IMG/VR virus record: IMGVR_UViG_3300030108_001677
Span: 22,383-86,382 of that record
From: a virus
Reading direction: 5' to 3' (one strand)
DNA: 64,000 nucleotides
In this document: positions 63,470 through 64,000 of the stretch, piece by piece
Layout: the number at the start of each line of letters is the position of its first letter
Position numbering within the stretch: position 1 is the first letter of the stretch
Made by a program: the position numbers and the translations under genes
The notes under the pieces: generated by a model
Seen by the model: only the letters and a program-made list of their open reading frames with translations
Told to the model about the DNA's origin: nothing
Database searches by the model: none

Positions 63470-64000
63470 AGAAAAGCCCCCTGTTTCAGCACAGCCCATC
63501 CACCTTCAAAGGCGTTTTGGGGTTCCGACATCATAAAGTCCATTAAATCGGTTTGCTTGTTCTCCTTCGGCAAGAAACGACCATACCCATGATTTTGTAG
63601 TAATTCATTGATTGAATGACCATCCATATTGGGTATGTTAGCCACACCGACCATCTCTAACTTATCTCCACGAAGTGATGGGTTAGCACCGCTATTGTCC
63701 GGCCTGTTTATGATTGTAGTGTCCAACCCGATGTCTTTGTATTGTTCAATGGGCGCAATACTGTCAAAAGCCATGACTGGTTGGCCTTCTTGTATTCTTT
63801 CTTCTAATTGCCTCAATGTTGGTCTTGGGTCAAACCCAACACCGTATGAACCCGGCTCACCCGAATAGGGCGGGTCGTTTATCAGCAACTTGTTGTTGTC
63901 AATATCCCATTCGGCCAGTGCTTCGGCACCATCTCCCTGTCTAACATTTACATTTTGTAATGGATCTCGGTAATTTAACAGGCTTTCCGAAGTGGGTAAG
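63466..64000 (-). CDS. C-terminal part of a second N6-adenine DNA methyltransferase (truncated by window edge)
   Basis: Frame is open from the window end: ...NVNVRQGDG...LLINDPPYSG (motif IV); ends with QTDLMDFM and AFEGGWAVLK. Confidence 0.65.
   Translation of the reverse strand, partial: LPTSESLLNYRDPLQNVNVRQGDGAEALAEWDIDNNKLLINDPPYSGEPGSYGVGFDPRPTLRQLEERIQEGQPVMAFDSIAPIEQYKDIGLDTTIINRPDNSGANPSLRGDKLEMVGVANIPNMDGHSINELLQNHGYGRFLPKENKQTDLMDFMMSEPQNAFEGGWAVLKQGAFL

Larger units (their letters stand above)
1..64000. mobile_element. Segment of an archaeal tailed dsDNA virus genome (siphovirus-like; probably a Marine Group II/Poseidoniales virus, 'magrovirus')
   Basis: Terminase, portal, prohead protease, HK97-type capsid, tail tube and tape measure genes; no cellular housekeeping genes; archaeal GGTGA SD motifs; ERCC4 and MCM-like genes. 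Host group is inferred. Confidence 0.85.

Noticed and set aside
1-64000. tRNA/rRNA genes, integrase/att sites, reverse transcriptase or diversity-generating retroelement
   Set aside because: None was recognised by eye, and intergenic gaps are mostly under 70 bp; tRNAscan-SE/Infernal would be needed to exclude small RNAs.

Overview
The whole window reads as about 64 kb of a tailed dsDNA (HK97-fold, Caudoviricetes) virus with an archaeal host. The evidence is GGTGA ribosome-binding sites, TATA-like promoters, and ERCC4 and MCM-like genes. Gene content and order fit marine viruses of Marine Group II archaea (Poseidoniales; 'magroviruses'), but this host assignment is an inference. 1-3457 (+) is the end of a replication/repair block: ERCC4 nuclease, MCM-like ATPase and DEDD-like exonuclease. 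Almost everything else is on the minus strand. It contains a Dam-like methyltransferase, a siphovirus-type tail locus with about 17 kb of giant LamG/hub proteins, a tape measure protein, a frameshifted tail chaperone, tail tube and adaptor, major capsid, prohead protease, a degenerate ligase-domain protein, portal, terminase, many low-complexity or small putative head proteins, a Gp88-like protein and a second, truncated methyltransferase. Two candidate undescribed systems stand out. (1) An operon led by an RHH gene encodes an Arf-like small GTPase surrounded by membrane proteins and a Q/M/G-rich protein (58.3-61.8 kb), a possible membrane-remodelling or egress module. (2) A recurrent peptide tag, A-F-x-x-[AG]-W-x-h-h-K, occurs on about nine unrelated proteins including both methyltransferases and looks like a capsid-targeting and protease-processing signal. 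No CRISPR array, tRNA, rRNA or integrase was recognised. All family calls are from motif recognition, not database searches.
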